Below are positions 28,198 to 37,157 of a stretch of DNA of 64,000 bases, in pieces (position 1 is the first letter of the stretch; each line of letters starts with the position of its first letter). The position numbers were made by a program, and so were the translations under genes. The stretch spans positions 7,682-71,681 of IMG/VR virus record IMGVR_UViG_3300010413_000019; one strand, 5' to 3'. The notes under the pieces were generated by a model. It was not told where the DNA came from, searched no databases, and worked only from the letters and a program-made list of their open reading frames with translations. The DNA is from a virus.

Positions 28198-28482
28198 ATG
28201 AAACACAAAAAGAAGATACCACTCTCTGCCAAGGTCTCCGAAGAGACCACTGAGCAGTGACAGGACCTGCATGAATGGCTTGGCCTATCGAAGGCCGAGA
28301 TATTAACTCGAGCGATCTACCAGTACTACCAAGTCACCGAGAGAACATCATTTAAACTGATGTCACTGCAGAGACCGGATGATAGATTGTTCTTTATGAA
28401 CACTGCCCGAGAGTTATGTTATGAAGCACTCGATAAGACTATCGAGAAGCTCAACGAGAGATTGAATGAGAAGTCTGAATGA
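28198..28482 (+). pseudogene. ribbon-helix-helix (CopG/Arc/MetJ-like) repressor interrupted by an in-frame UGA at codon 21 (pseudogene or readthrough gene)
   Basis: AAAGGA RBS; MKHKKKIPLSAKVSEETTEQ*QDLHEWLGLSKAEILTRAIYQYYQ...NEKSE*. The same frame stays open for 73 codons after the TGA at 28258-28260. Confidence 0.8.
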
Positions 28483-28613
28483 CTGTGAGACACGTCATCA
28501 ATGTACCACGTCCGTACATCGCTCTGAGTCATAGACTAATTGTAGGGTGACCTACTCACTACTAAAAAGAATCCTGAGCAGATCGGAGTTAAGAGAATTT
28601 GCGTTGGGAAGGA

Positions 28614-28650
28614 AAAAAATAAGGGAGTATCGGGATAAACCCGATAGTCT
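28614..28650 (-). terminator. intrinsic terminator after the gp2-like gene
   Basis: TATCGGG-TTTAT-CCCGATA hairpin followed by a T run on the minus strand. Confidence 0.6.
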
Positions 28651-28905
28651 TTAGGCTGTCTTTAGATATTGGTCAAGACCGGTTGTATCGATTTCACGAG
28701 AACCGAATTCTTCAACAGTAACATCTTTCAGCATTTTTGCAAGTGCCTCTGGAGTGATACGTTCTTGAACAGCTTTTGGAAGACGTTTGTTGATGATGAC
28801 ATATCCAAGATAAGTATCACCGATGGAGAGAGAGAAACCTTTCGCGTCATCTTTCGGTTTCGGAGTTTGGTTTGCCTGATTGTTGTTATTCAGTGCTTCG
28901 GTCAT
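28651..28905 (-). CDS. N4 gp2/Drc-like ssDNA-binding RNAP II coactivator
   Basis: Asn/Gln-rich N-terminus then KDDAKGF.L....LG; lies just upstream of RNAP II; start at 28905. Confidence 0.5.
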   Translation of the reverse strand: MTEALNNNNQANQTPKPKDDAKGFSLSIGDTYLGYVIINKRLPKAVQERITPEALAKMLKDVTVEEFGSREIDTTGLDQYLKTA

Positions 28906-29048
28906 GAGGATGTCCTTAAAGTTATGTAATGAGATGCATTGCACTCACCCATCACTAAAAAGAAAAATAGAAAAATAAAGAGGTCTCCCCTCTTATGTAT
29001 TTCCTATCTATAAGTGTAGGTGTAGTGTAATATAAGTATCTTCATTAT

Positions 29049-29068
29049 CAGTGCACGGATGTGCACTG
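29049..29068 (-). promoter_or_regulatory. hairpin promoter candidate (CAGTGCAC-GGAT-GTGCACTG)
   Basis: 8-bp stem upstream of the gp2-like gene. Confidence 0.65.
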
Positions 29069-29455
29069 TATATGTATAATATATATATCCCCAAGTGGAA
29101 TTATAAGAGCATATACTTAGAAAAAAATAAAATGACAGCTTATGCTGTCTTGACTGCTGTGACCACATAACGTAGTAGATAGAGCAGATGAATGAGGTTG
29201 GCAGTATTACTGCAACTGGTTCGGATGGTATGGAACGTAGTCCCATTGAAGTACTTGATGACCATTAGAAGATAGCCTTCAGGATTTTAGGGCTTAGTAT
29301 CAGCCCGATACAGATAGCTCCTAGTTGTAGAGTCTCTGTTGTGATGAAATCAGGCATGATAGCCTCCTTTGTTTATTTGTTTAGCTCACGGTTGTAAGCC
29401 TGCGCTTCTTGAGCGTTGAGTGGTTGGACTGTACCGTCCGCTAGTATGATGTAGT

Positions 29456-29692
29456 TCATGATGCTTCTCCTGCTGTATGCTTAGCCATACGTGCTTTGAG
29501 CTCCTCGTTACGAAGAGAGTTCTCGAACTTCATCTCATCGATGAGTTGTACTGATGCTACCTCTGATGCCTGATGTGCTGTATCAGCCCATAGGTTTACG
29601 ACATTAGCCGTAGTCTCAATAGCACCGAGTGATGCAGTAATTGCTTTGGCTGAAGAGCCGAAGATAAGTGATAAGAATTTGAATGGACCCAT
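29456..29692 (-). CDS. first early gene, small helical protein
   Basis: Start MGPFKF after AAGGAG; followed by three micro-ORFs of about 28-43 aa down to ~29140. Confidence 0.65.
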   Translation of the reverse strand: MGPFKFLSLIFGSSAKAITASLGAIETTANVVNLWADTAHQASEVASVQLIDEMKFENSLRNEELKARMAKHTAGEAS

Positions 29693-29699
29693 TGTGGTC

Positions 29700-29900
29700 T
29701 CCTTGAGTAATGTGATAACTGTCGACAGATATCCAGCTCTATAAAGAACGTAGAGGTATGTAGAACGCACGATCACAGCTCACGAAGGTCAAAGTACCAC
29801 TGAGAGAAACGAGGGCTAAAAAGGGACGTTATGAGAAGCTACCGGGGGGGTATCCGTCGAACGTAGTGAGATCTGGGAGTATACTGCTCTCATAGGTATT
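29700..29900. other. probable genome terminus / terminal-repeat junction
   Basis: Strand switch between early (-) and late (+) genes, non-coding, with an ACCGGGGGGGTA run at 29841-29852. Confidence 0.5.
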
Positions 29901-30038
29901 TTTCATTTTTTCCAAAAAGTTGACTTACCCGAACCTTAACCGTTATTTTCTGTGATATAATTTCATCATGTTAAGTTTCGCTCCTGCTGTTGCCCGCTAT
30001 TAGATCGCGGGATTTCCAGCGTTGATGAAACATCCGAT

Positions 30039-30113
30039 TGCGCTGTAGCTCAGAGGCAGAGCAGCTCCCTGTTAAGGAGATGGTCGGAGGTTCGACCCCT
30101 CCCAGTGCAGCCA
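30039..30113 (+). tRNA. tRNA-Asn (GTT)
   Basis: TGCGCTG/CAGTGCA acceptor, CT-GTT-AA loop, GGAGG-TTCGACC-CCTCC T arm, encoded CCA. Confidence 0.92.
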
Positions 30114-30133
30114 TTTAAACAAAAAGAAAATAG

Positions 30134-30334
30134 ATGAAACCTTCTGTAACTGCGTGGGTATCCCTCGGAATTGCTATTATCGTCGGCGGATCACTGATTG
30201 CCATTGGTGCAAATAAGATGACCAAGAGGCATAAGCACCTTAAAACAGAATGTGCTGAAACAACTTATTATGTTATCGGTGACCGTGGGCATATCCAACA
30301 AATCTATGAGTGCCCTGAAAGTTACCGGAAATAA
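30134..30334 (+). CDS. small membrane protein between tRNAs
   Basis: N-terminal TM helix and a Cys pair. Confidence 0.6.
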   Translation: MKPSVTAWVSLGIAIIVGGSLIAIGANKMTKRHKHLKTECAETTYYVIGDRGHIQQIYECPESYRK

Positions 30335-30345
30335 CTGCTTAATAC

Positions 30346-30420
30346 TGCGTCTTAGCCAAGTGGTAAGGCAGCTGGTTTTGGTCCAGTCATTCCCAGGTTC
30401 GATCCCTGGAGACGCATCCA
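30346..30420 (+). tRNA. tRNA-Gln (TTG)
   Basis: TGCGTCT/AGACGCA acceptor, TT-TTG-GT loop, CCAGG-TTCGATC-CCTGG T arm, CCA. Confidence 0.92.
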
Positions 30421-30550
30421 TCCCTTTCCCCATTCCTATCCCATTTTATGTCTTGATCTAGTGAGCCGTGCCGTGTGACAAGTGAGCCTGCGAACGCCAG
30501 TCACGGAAGGCAAAGGCGAGCGGTAGGTTCTTTGCTGTTTGGTTCACGTC

Positions 30551-30580
30551 CTGTTAAATGCTGTTAAATAATGTTATAAT
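30551..30580 (+). promoter_or_regulatory. late promoter, extended -10 TGnTATAAT with periodic CTGTTA upstream
   Basis: Similar elements at 29940-29961, 33364-33394, 41528-41561, 52883-52905 (minus) and 54739-54747. Confidence 0.7.
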
Positions 30581-30612
30581 TTCGGAAACAGTACGAACAA
30601 AGGACATCCTCA

Positions 30613-31314
30613 ATGGCCCTCACGATAGACATGCTGAAACAAGCTGTACCCAAATCCCTCAAGAACTCTGTAACCGAGGAGATGGTGAAGCGCGTAAATG
30701 ATATTACGACCGATCCAATGCTCAGAGAGAGTTTCAGAGATAACCTCCTCAGCTATACCGGAGTACTCCAGGATGGCAAGTATAAGGTCGAAGACTACAT
30801 CAACGCCGTCAAGTATGTGAGCTACAAGCTTCTTGGAGCCACGAACAGTGAGGCTTATCAGAAGACCTTTCCCGATCGGTTCAAGCGACTGGTCGATGAA
30901 GGGGCCGATGGTAAGACCATAAGCGCCTACTCCACTGCCTACAACAAGAACAAGCTGGTAAACAAGATCATGGAACAGACACTTGTTCCGAGTTATGTGC
31001 TCAATGCCGATCTGTATCAGCGGGCCCTGAATGTCCAGGCCGATCTGATGATGACTGCCAGGAGTGAGAAGGTGCGGTCCGATGCTGCCAACTCTCTTAT
31101 GACTGCACTGAAGATGCCTGAGACTGCCAAGGTTCAGATGGATATCAATGTCAAAGAGGATAAGAGTATCGATGAACTCCGCAGAACTACGATGGAGCTG
31201 GTAGCGCAGCAGAGAATGGCAATGCAGTCCGGAGCCATGAAGCCTGTAGAGATCGCCCACAGTCAAATCATTAAACCCGATGTCATAGATGTCGAGATCG
31301 GGGAAGGAGAGTGA
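30613..31314 (+). CDS. N4 gp69-like protein (probable terminase small subunit)
   Basis: AVKYVSYKL, AY.KTFPDR, SEKVR.DAANSL; upstream of terL. Confidence 0.8.
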   Translation: MALTIDMLKQAVPKSLKNSVTEEMVKRVNDITTDPMLRESFRDNLLSYTGVLQDGKYKVEDYINAVKYVSYKLLGATNSEAYQKTFPDRFKRLVDEGADGKTISAYSTAYNKNKLVNKIMEQTLVPSYVLNADLYQRALNVQADLMMTARSEKVRSDAANSLMTALKMPETAKVQMDINVKEDKSIDELRRTTMELVAQQRMAMQSGAMKPVEIAHSQIIKPDVIDVEIGEGE

Positions 31315-31780
31315 GTATGCAAAAAGCACATAAGTACAGCTGTATCGTGATCAGCGATAACCCGAATATTGATGGGACCGAGGTGCTGATCGCGCCGGGG
31401 ACCAAGAAACACCACTACAAGTTCAGCTGGGTAGAGCCCGTCCGGGAGGATGCTCCGCAAGAGGAGATCAACTGGCACGAGCGCGTGCTGCAGTCGCATG
31501 TGGTGAGGGGTGTGTGATGGAAGAGGTTGTAAAGATCACTTATCCCGATGGAACCAGTGTTGTCAAAGAGGTTGTGGCGCTCATCAAGATATGGCGATCA
31601 GTGCGCAGACATCCAAAGAGTATGCTCCGGCCGGTGAAGGCGGAGTTCACAACTAAGCGTGAAATTACCCCGGAGGATGCCAAAGCGCTCTTCTGGATGT
31701 TCCATCCGACCAAGACAGACTATGATAATGCCCTGTTTCTGAATGGGGAAGTGATCCCGCATAAGGCCGCCCGTGAGTGA
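31311..31780 (+). CDS. two small hypothetical genes (31311-31517, 31514-31780)
   Basis: Overlapping start/stop coupling between the gp69-like gene and terL. Confidence 0.55.
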
Positions 31781-33359
31781 ACCGTTAAAGAAGACGGTTG
31801 AGGATTGGCTGAACGAGGTCATCTACGACAATGAAGATGATACCTATATCCCCTCCGACTTTGCCCTGGAGTTTGTCAACTTCATCAAACTGGTGAACGG
31901 ATCGGAGGGCGAGGAGAACAAGACTCCGGTACTGCACTATAAGATGCTTGACCAGGTGGCCGGGCCGCGCCAGAATATATGTAACATGGTACACCGGGGC
32001 GGGGCCAAGACCACGATCATGGGCGAGTACCTATTCTTGTACCTTGCTGTCTACGGTTCGCTGCCAGGGTTTGGCGAGGTGCCGCTGGCGATCTATGTCT
32101 CTGACTCCATCGAGAATGGTGTCAAGAATATGCGTAAGAACTTGGAGTACCGCTGGGAGAACAGTGAGTTCCTCCGCCACTATGTTCCGAAGATCCGTTT
32201 CACCGATGTCCGTTGGGAGTTTACCAACATCGATGGTAAGACATTGATCGTAAAGGGGTACGGTGCGAAGACCGGCGTGCGTGGGGCCAAGGAGATGGGT
32301 AAACGTCCGTTTCTGGCCGTACTTGATGACTTGATCTCGGATGAGGATGCAAGATCAGCTACAGTCATCGCAAGTATCGAGGATACTGTCTATAAAGCGA
32401 TCGACTATGCGCTACACCCTACAAGAAGAAAGATCATCTGGTCGGGTACTCCGTTCAACTCGAGGGACCCTCTCTACAAAGCTATCGAGTCCGGCGCCTG
32501 GTATGTCAATGTCTACCCAGTGTGTGAGCAGTTCCCCTGCAGCCGTGAAGATTTCCGCGGATCCTGGGAAGACCGTTTCACCTATGACTTTGTCAAGGCC
32601 CAGTACGACAAGGCGGTCAAGGCCGGGAAGGTCGATACCTTCAACCAGGAGCTTATGCTGCGGATCATGTCTGATGAGGATCGTCTGATCCTTGATACGG
32701 ATATCCCGGAGTATAGCCGGGCGCTCGCCATGCGGAACAAGGGGCGCTACAACTTCTACATCACGACCGACTTTGCGACCAGTGAGAAGACCAGTGCCGA
32801 CTACTCGGTGATCAGTGTGTGGGCCTACAACAACAACGGCGATTGGCTATGGGTGGACGGCATCTGTAAACGGCAGCTGATGGACAAGAACATCGATGAC
32901 CTATTCCGTTTGGTTCAAGAGTATGATCCTCAGGCGGTCGGCATCGAGGTCACAGGGCAGCAGGGCGGTTTCATTCAATGGATCCAGAACGAGATGATCA
33001 ACCGTAATATCTACTTCTCTCTGGCAAGTGAGAACAACAGCTCGAATCCGGGGATCCGGCCGAACACCAATAAGATGGTGCGCTTCAATGTTGTTGTCCC
33101 TTGGTTCAAGGCCAAGAAGATCTGGTTGCCAAACGATGTTAACAACGCGGCTCTTACAGAGATGTGGGCCGAACTGCGTCTGGCCTCGGCCGGCGGGTTC
33201 AAGAGTAAGCATGATGATGCGATCGATACGATCAGTATGCTGGCATCCCTCAACCCGTGGAAACCTAGCGAAGAAGCGGTCTACCGTAACGAGAACAACA
33301 CGATGTGGGAAGACGACCTTGATGAGGAGGTGGGAGCCTACGCCTCATATATAGTCTAA
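31773..33359 (+). CDS. terL: terminase large subunit (N4 gp68-like)
   Basis: HRGGAKTT Walker A, AVLDD Walker B, GTP coupling motif, nuclease TTDFA...DYS...HDDAID. Confidence 0.95.
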   Translation: MSEPLKKTVEDWLNEVIYDNEDDTYIPSDFALEFVNFIKLVNGSEGEENKTPVLHYKMLDQVAGPRQNICNMVHRGGAKTTIMGEYLFLYLAVYGSLPGFGEVPLAIYVSDSIENGVKNMRKNLEYRWENSEFLRHYVPKIRFTDVRWEFTNIDGKTLIVKGYGAKTGVRGAKEMGKRPFLAVLDDLISDEDARSATVIASIEDTVYKAIDYALHPTRRKIIWSGTPFNSRDPLYKAIESGAWYVNVYPVCEQFPCSREDFRGSWEDRFTYDFVKAQYDKAVKAGKVDTFNQELMLRIMSDEDRLILDTDIPEYSRALAMRNKGRYNFYITTDFATSEKTSADYSVISVWAYNNNGDWLWVDGICKRQLMDKNIDDLFRLVQEYDPQAVGIEVTGQQGGFIQWIQNEMINRNIYFSLASENNSSNPGIRPNTNKMVRFNVVVPWFKAKKIWLPNDVNNAALTEMWAELRLASAGGFKSKHDDAIDTISMLASLNPWKPSEEAVYRNENNTMWEDDLDEEVGAYASYIV

Positions 33360-33430
33360 GCATCCTGTTATTTTCTGTTAAATTATGTTATCATACGATA
33401 TTGAAACACCGTAGGGCATAAGGAGGGGAT

Positions 33431-34015
33431 GTGACAGTAGCAGACGTTATCAGATACGCCAAGTCCAGTGTTCTTAACCAATTAGCTGTTAAGGACAATG
33501 ATAACACCCTGATTGACTATATCAATCTTGCTGTAGAGGCCCTGAACCAACGGTACCAGCTCCGTACAGAAGAGCAGGTGATCAACCTGGTCAACGGACA
33601 GATGCTCTACGCTCTGCCGGCAGAATCCATTAAAGTCCTGGCTGTCTATGACGAGGCCGGTGATGAGATCCCTTTGAATGACGAGAAAGCTGAAGGAGGG
33701 GTATTTACCCCGAGCCACACTACCTTGCAGGTCCCTTGGGCCGATGACAATCTAACCATCTCTCTCCTTTATCTCAGTACTCCGGAACCGGTTGCACTTC
33801 CTGAGGACACTGTACCTGTACCACCACAGATGCTTTACCCCATTCTTGAGTACATGGGGTTCATGGCACACTCGGCCATTGATGGAACCCTACAGACTGA
33901 AAACAATGTCCATTACCAGCGGTTTGAGGCTGCGTGTAATGATCTTGAGAGATTTGGACTGCTGCAGGAGGATGTTACACCGGACGATAAGTTCAGTATT
34001 CGTGGATTCTGTTAA
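33431..34015 (+). CDS. head-tail adaptor (N4 gp67-like)
   Basis: Position after terL; IPLND...FTP motif; C-terminal KF..RGF. Confidence 0.75.
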   Translation: MTVADVIRYAKSSVLNQLAVKDNDNTLIDYINLAVEALNQRYQLRTEEQVINLVNGQMLYALPAESIKVLAVYDEAGDEIPLNDEKAEGGVFTPSHTTLQVPWADDNLTISLLYLSTPEPVALPEDTVPVPPQMLYPILEYMGFMAHSAIDGTLQTENNVHYQRFEAACNDLERFGLLQEDVTPDDKFSIRGFC

Positions 34016-34443
34016 TGAAAAGAGCTAATACCCTCCAGTCACCGGACGCTCTGCTCCGGACTATGATCGACCCTTCGGTCTTTGATGAACTCCTACGCCT
34101 CGCAAGAAACTCCGATGCCCTGCTCGCAATCAACAACTTTACGGACGCAGACCGGATCAAGCTTGACGAGATAGAGGAGGGCGCTACTGCTGATATGACC
34201 AGGGATGAGCTTCTTGTCCTCTTGGCTCTAACGAAGGCTGATATCGGTCTGGATCAGGTTGACAACACGAGCGATCTGAACAAGCCGATCAGTATAGCTA
34301 CGCAGGCGGCGATAGACGCGGTAGGTGCTCAAAGTTCATTGACCCCTTACACAATGAGTGACGGGTCGAGTAGTGGTGAGGTCACTATTCAGCAAGCTCT
34401 TGAGCTTGAACAGGAGAAAACAATATTTGGAGGTAACTTTTAA
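34015..34443 (+). CDS. tail fibre-associated protein
   Basis: KLD.IE.GATAD and GLDQVDNTSDLNKPIS.ATQAA fibre repeats. Confidence 0.7.
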   Translation: MKRANTLQSPDALLRTMIDPSVFDELLRLARNSDALLAINNFTDADRIKLDEIEEGATADMTRDELLVLLALTKADIGLDQVDNTSDLNKPISIATQAAIDAVGAQSSLTPYTMSDGSSSGEVTIQQALELEQEKTIFGGNF

Positions 34444-36194
34444 TGGCAAATCAGATTGTTATAAAACACAGAACATCGACAACCGGTGAACCAACACTCG
34501 TAACGGGGGAGATTGCTGCCAATATCTTCGATAAGTTCCTCTTTGTCGGTACCGGGGCAGGTAACCTTGTCTTCCCGGACAAGGCCTATGTAGATAACCT
34601 TGTGGCTACGGCCGGGGTAGCTTCGGGGACATCTTTCGATAACACTGCCAGCGGTCTCACCGCGACAGACGTACAGGGTGCGATCGATGAAGTAGAAGGT
34701 CGTGTAGATACGATCGAGACAAACATGGTGCAGACCGGGGACAGCGTAACACTTACAGGTGATGTCACTGGATCAAGTACGTTCCAGGCTGATGGCTCGG
34801 TATCCGTTAATACGACTGCTTCGGCAGACTGGGCGAACGTCTACAACAAACCCTCCACGGTTGCGGGGTTCGGTATCACCGATGCCTACACCAAGACTGA
34901 GATCGATACAGCTATTAACAATGCACAGCTCGCTCTGGGAACCAACTACTCTGTTGCAGATCTCACCGCCAGGTCAGCATTGACAGATCTCACTGTAGGT
35001 GACAATGTATTCGTAGCGGATGATGGGGATACAAAGTGGGCTATTTATAAGGTCACTGCGATCACAGACGGATCTGGATCAACGTCCACGTTCGAAAAGA
35101 TAATGGATGAGGACGTATACCTCAACGCTCAGTCTGCCACTGCTATTCTCACATCGATAAAGACAGTTGCATCAACACTTAATGATTACGGTATCACGGA
35201 TGCTACCCCATCCTCGCACATAGGTACTGGCGGGGCCTCACACGCTACAGCCACCCCAACTGTTCACGGTTTTATGTCATCAGGTGATAAGAGCAAACTT
35301 GACGGGATAGAGGCGGGAGCCACAGCAGATCAGACCAAAGGGGACATTGATGCACTGGGTGTAGACGCTGCCACGCTGGGAACTAATGCCCCTTCCTATT
35401 ATCTGTCATGGTTGAACTTTACAGGGCTGCCTACCACACTATCCGGGTACGGGATAACAGATGGTGCACCATTGAGCCACGTAGGATCCGCAGGAGCAGC
35501 ACACGGAACAGCTACAGTATCCTCAAATGGATTTATGTCGTCATCAGACAAGACAAAGCTTGATGGCCTCGATGGGAACTACACACGAAAGAACACAGCG
35601 AGTATATCCGGATTCAATACGGTCAGTTGGACGACAATATGTAAGGTAGTATCAAGTCATATCGCATCATCTGTGAGGATATCCCTTGCAGGAACCGGAT
35701 CAACAAGCGCCGTCACTACTACAGCGGAGATCCATGTAAGTGATATCAGCGACTGGATACATGTAGAAGCTACAAACGGGAACACTAATAGGGTTACGTT
35801 CAAAGTCCTGTACGATGGTGTTAGCACATACTATGTGCAGGCTCTTGTGCAGTCTGCCGAGACCCTAACACTTACTGTGGATGTTGAAAGCCTATCAAGT
35901 GACACTGTGACTGTTGCTGATCTAGCGGCAAGTGGTACTCTTGAGCATCAGCATATCGCCTATAAGGGGTCGAAGTCAATATCATCCAATGCAACGGTTA
36001 CAGACATGTACGTTAAGAACTTTCCTGTATGGACGGAGGGTACCCTGGCTTTCGGTACAGGAAATAGCAATATGGCCCGTGGTGACCACATTCATGCCTT
36101 TGCGGATATAGCATCGAAACCAACAACGGTAGCTGGGTATGGAATAACCGATGGACTTACTACCAGCTCTGATATTGATGGGGGCACCTATTAA
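34443..36194 (+). CDS. tail fibre protein
   Basis: GEIA.N...KLF.G N-terminus; repeated YGITD and GFMSS.DK.KLDG units; ends IDGGTY. Confidence 0.85.
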   Translation: MANQIVIKHRTSTTGEPTLVTGEIAANIFDKFLFVGTGAGNLVFPDKAYVDNLVATAGVASGTSFDNTASGLTATDVQGAIDEVEGRVDTIETNMVQTGDSVTLTGDVTGSSTFQADGSVSVNTTASADWANVYNKPSTVAGFGITDAYTKTEIDTAINNAQLALGTNYSVADLTARSALTDLTVGDNVFVADDGDTKWAIYKVTAITDGSGSTSTFEKIMDEDVYLNAQSATAILTSIKTVASTLNDYGITDATPSSHIGTGGASHATATPTVHGFMSSGDKSKLDGIEAGATADQTKGDIDALGVDAATLGTNAPSYYLSWLNFTGLPTTLSGYGITDGAPLSHVGSAGAAHGTATVSSNGFMSSSDKTKLDGLDGNYTRKNTASISGFNTVSWTTICKVVSSHIASSVRISLAGTGSTSAVTTTAEIHVSDISDWIHVEATNGNTNRVTFKVLYDGVSTYYVQALVQSAETLTLTVDVESLSSDTVTVADLAASGTLEHQHIAYKGSKSISSNATVTDMYVKNFPVWTEGTLAFGTGNSNMARGDHIHAFADIASKPTTVAGYGITDGLTTSSDIDGGTY

Positions 36195-37150
36195 TGGCTA
36201 ACGCAGTCAGGCCTCTCAGAGGTACAGCAGCAAATCGTACCAATGTCACACCTAAGTCAGGTGAGATCCAAATAACCACGGATACCAATAAGGTATTCAT
36301 CGGTGATGGCGCCACTGCTGGTGGTAATGAGATAGCGTACCTCGGAACGGAGCTTACGGTAACACCGGCGTCACCTACAAATAAGATCATTACCGAAGGC
36401 CAAATGGTCAGTCTCAATGCTGCCACCCTCGGCGGAAAACTCCCTAGTGACTACGTCAGGACAACTGATGGTCTGGCGCAGACAATCACGGGGATAAAGA
36501 CCTTCAGCACAAGCCCGGTGGTTCCCACACCCACAGGCAGCACCGAAGCTGCAAACAAGGGGTATGTAGACAGTGCTGTTGCTGTAGGTGCAGGACTCGA
36601 GGCGTATGTCACTGGTTCGTATGTAGAGGGACAGATCATTGGTACATTCGAGACAGCTTCGCAGACACCTGTAGAAGTCTGTTCCATCCGAAACGGTCTT
36701 CGTGGCGGGAATGTCACGATCACGGGTGAGATCCGGACAAGTGAAATTGGAAGTAATGGTGATGTGAAGATGTATCTGAACGGTGTATACGCTTCCAAGA
36801 TATTCATCACTACCGGCACTGATACCAACTATGAACCTTTCTCATTCACTCTAGGGATATCCCCGGGTGACCTGATCCAGTTCTATGTCTCTTGCTACGA
36901 CACACTCATGACCGTGGCTATCCGGGATCCAAAGATCAAGTGCGGTAACCCAACATCATTGGATAAAGAGGATGAACTCTATGGGCCACGAGGGGGCGGT
37001 AGTGATCATGTCTTCTACGAGAACGACCAGGTCATCACAAGTGACTACACGATCACAGAGGGTAGAAGCGCATATTCAACAGGACCGATCACGATCGCAG
37101 ACGGGGTTACAGTCACCATACCAGACGGATCGAGATGGGTAATCCACTAG
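36194..37150 (+). CDS. tail fibre protein with C-terminal adaptor motif
   Basis: LRGT...GEI..TTDT....GDG.T.GG N-terminus; QTITGIKTF, AANKGYVD; C-terminal FYEN...I..DYTI.....A.S.GPITI..GVTVTIP.GS.WVI. Confidence 0.8.
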   Translation: MANAVRPLRGTAANRTNVTPKSGEIQITTDTNKVFIGDGATAGGNEIAYLGTELTVTPASPTNKIITEGQMVSLNAATLGGKLPSDYVRTTDGLAQTITGIKTFSTSPVVPTPTGSTEAANKGYVDSAVAVGAGLEAYVTGSYVEGQIIGTFETASQTPVEVCSIRNGLRGGNVTITGEIRTSEIGSNGDVKMYLNGVYASKIFITTGTDTNYEPFSFTLGISPGDLIQFYVSCYDTLMTVAIRDPKIKCGNPTSLDKEDELYGPRGGGSDHVFYENDQVITSDYTITEGRSAYSTGPITIADGVTVTIPDGSRWVIH

Positions 37151-37157
37151 GAGGTAA

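Noticed and set aside
28258-28300. Selenocysteine insertion at the RHH UGA
   Set aside because: Only a weak GGCC/GGCC hairpin ~21 nt downstream, and the position is a hydrophobic helix core rather than a redox Cys site. Not excluded, but unsupported.
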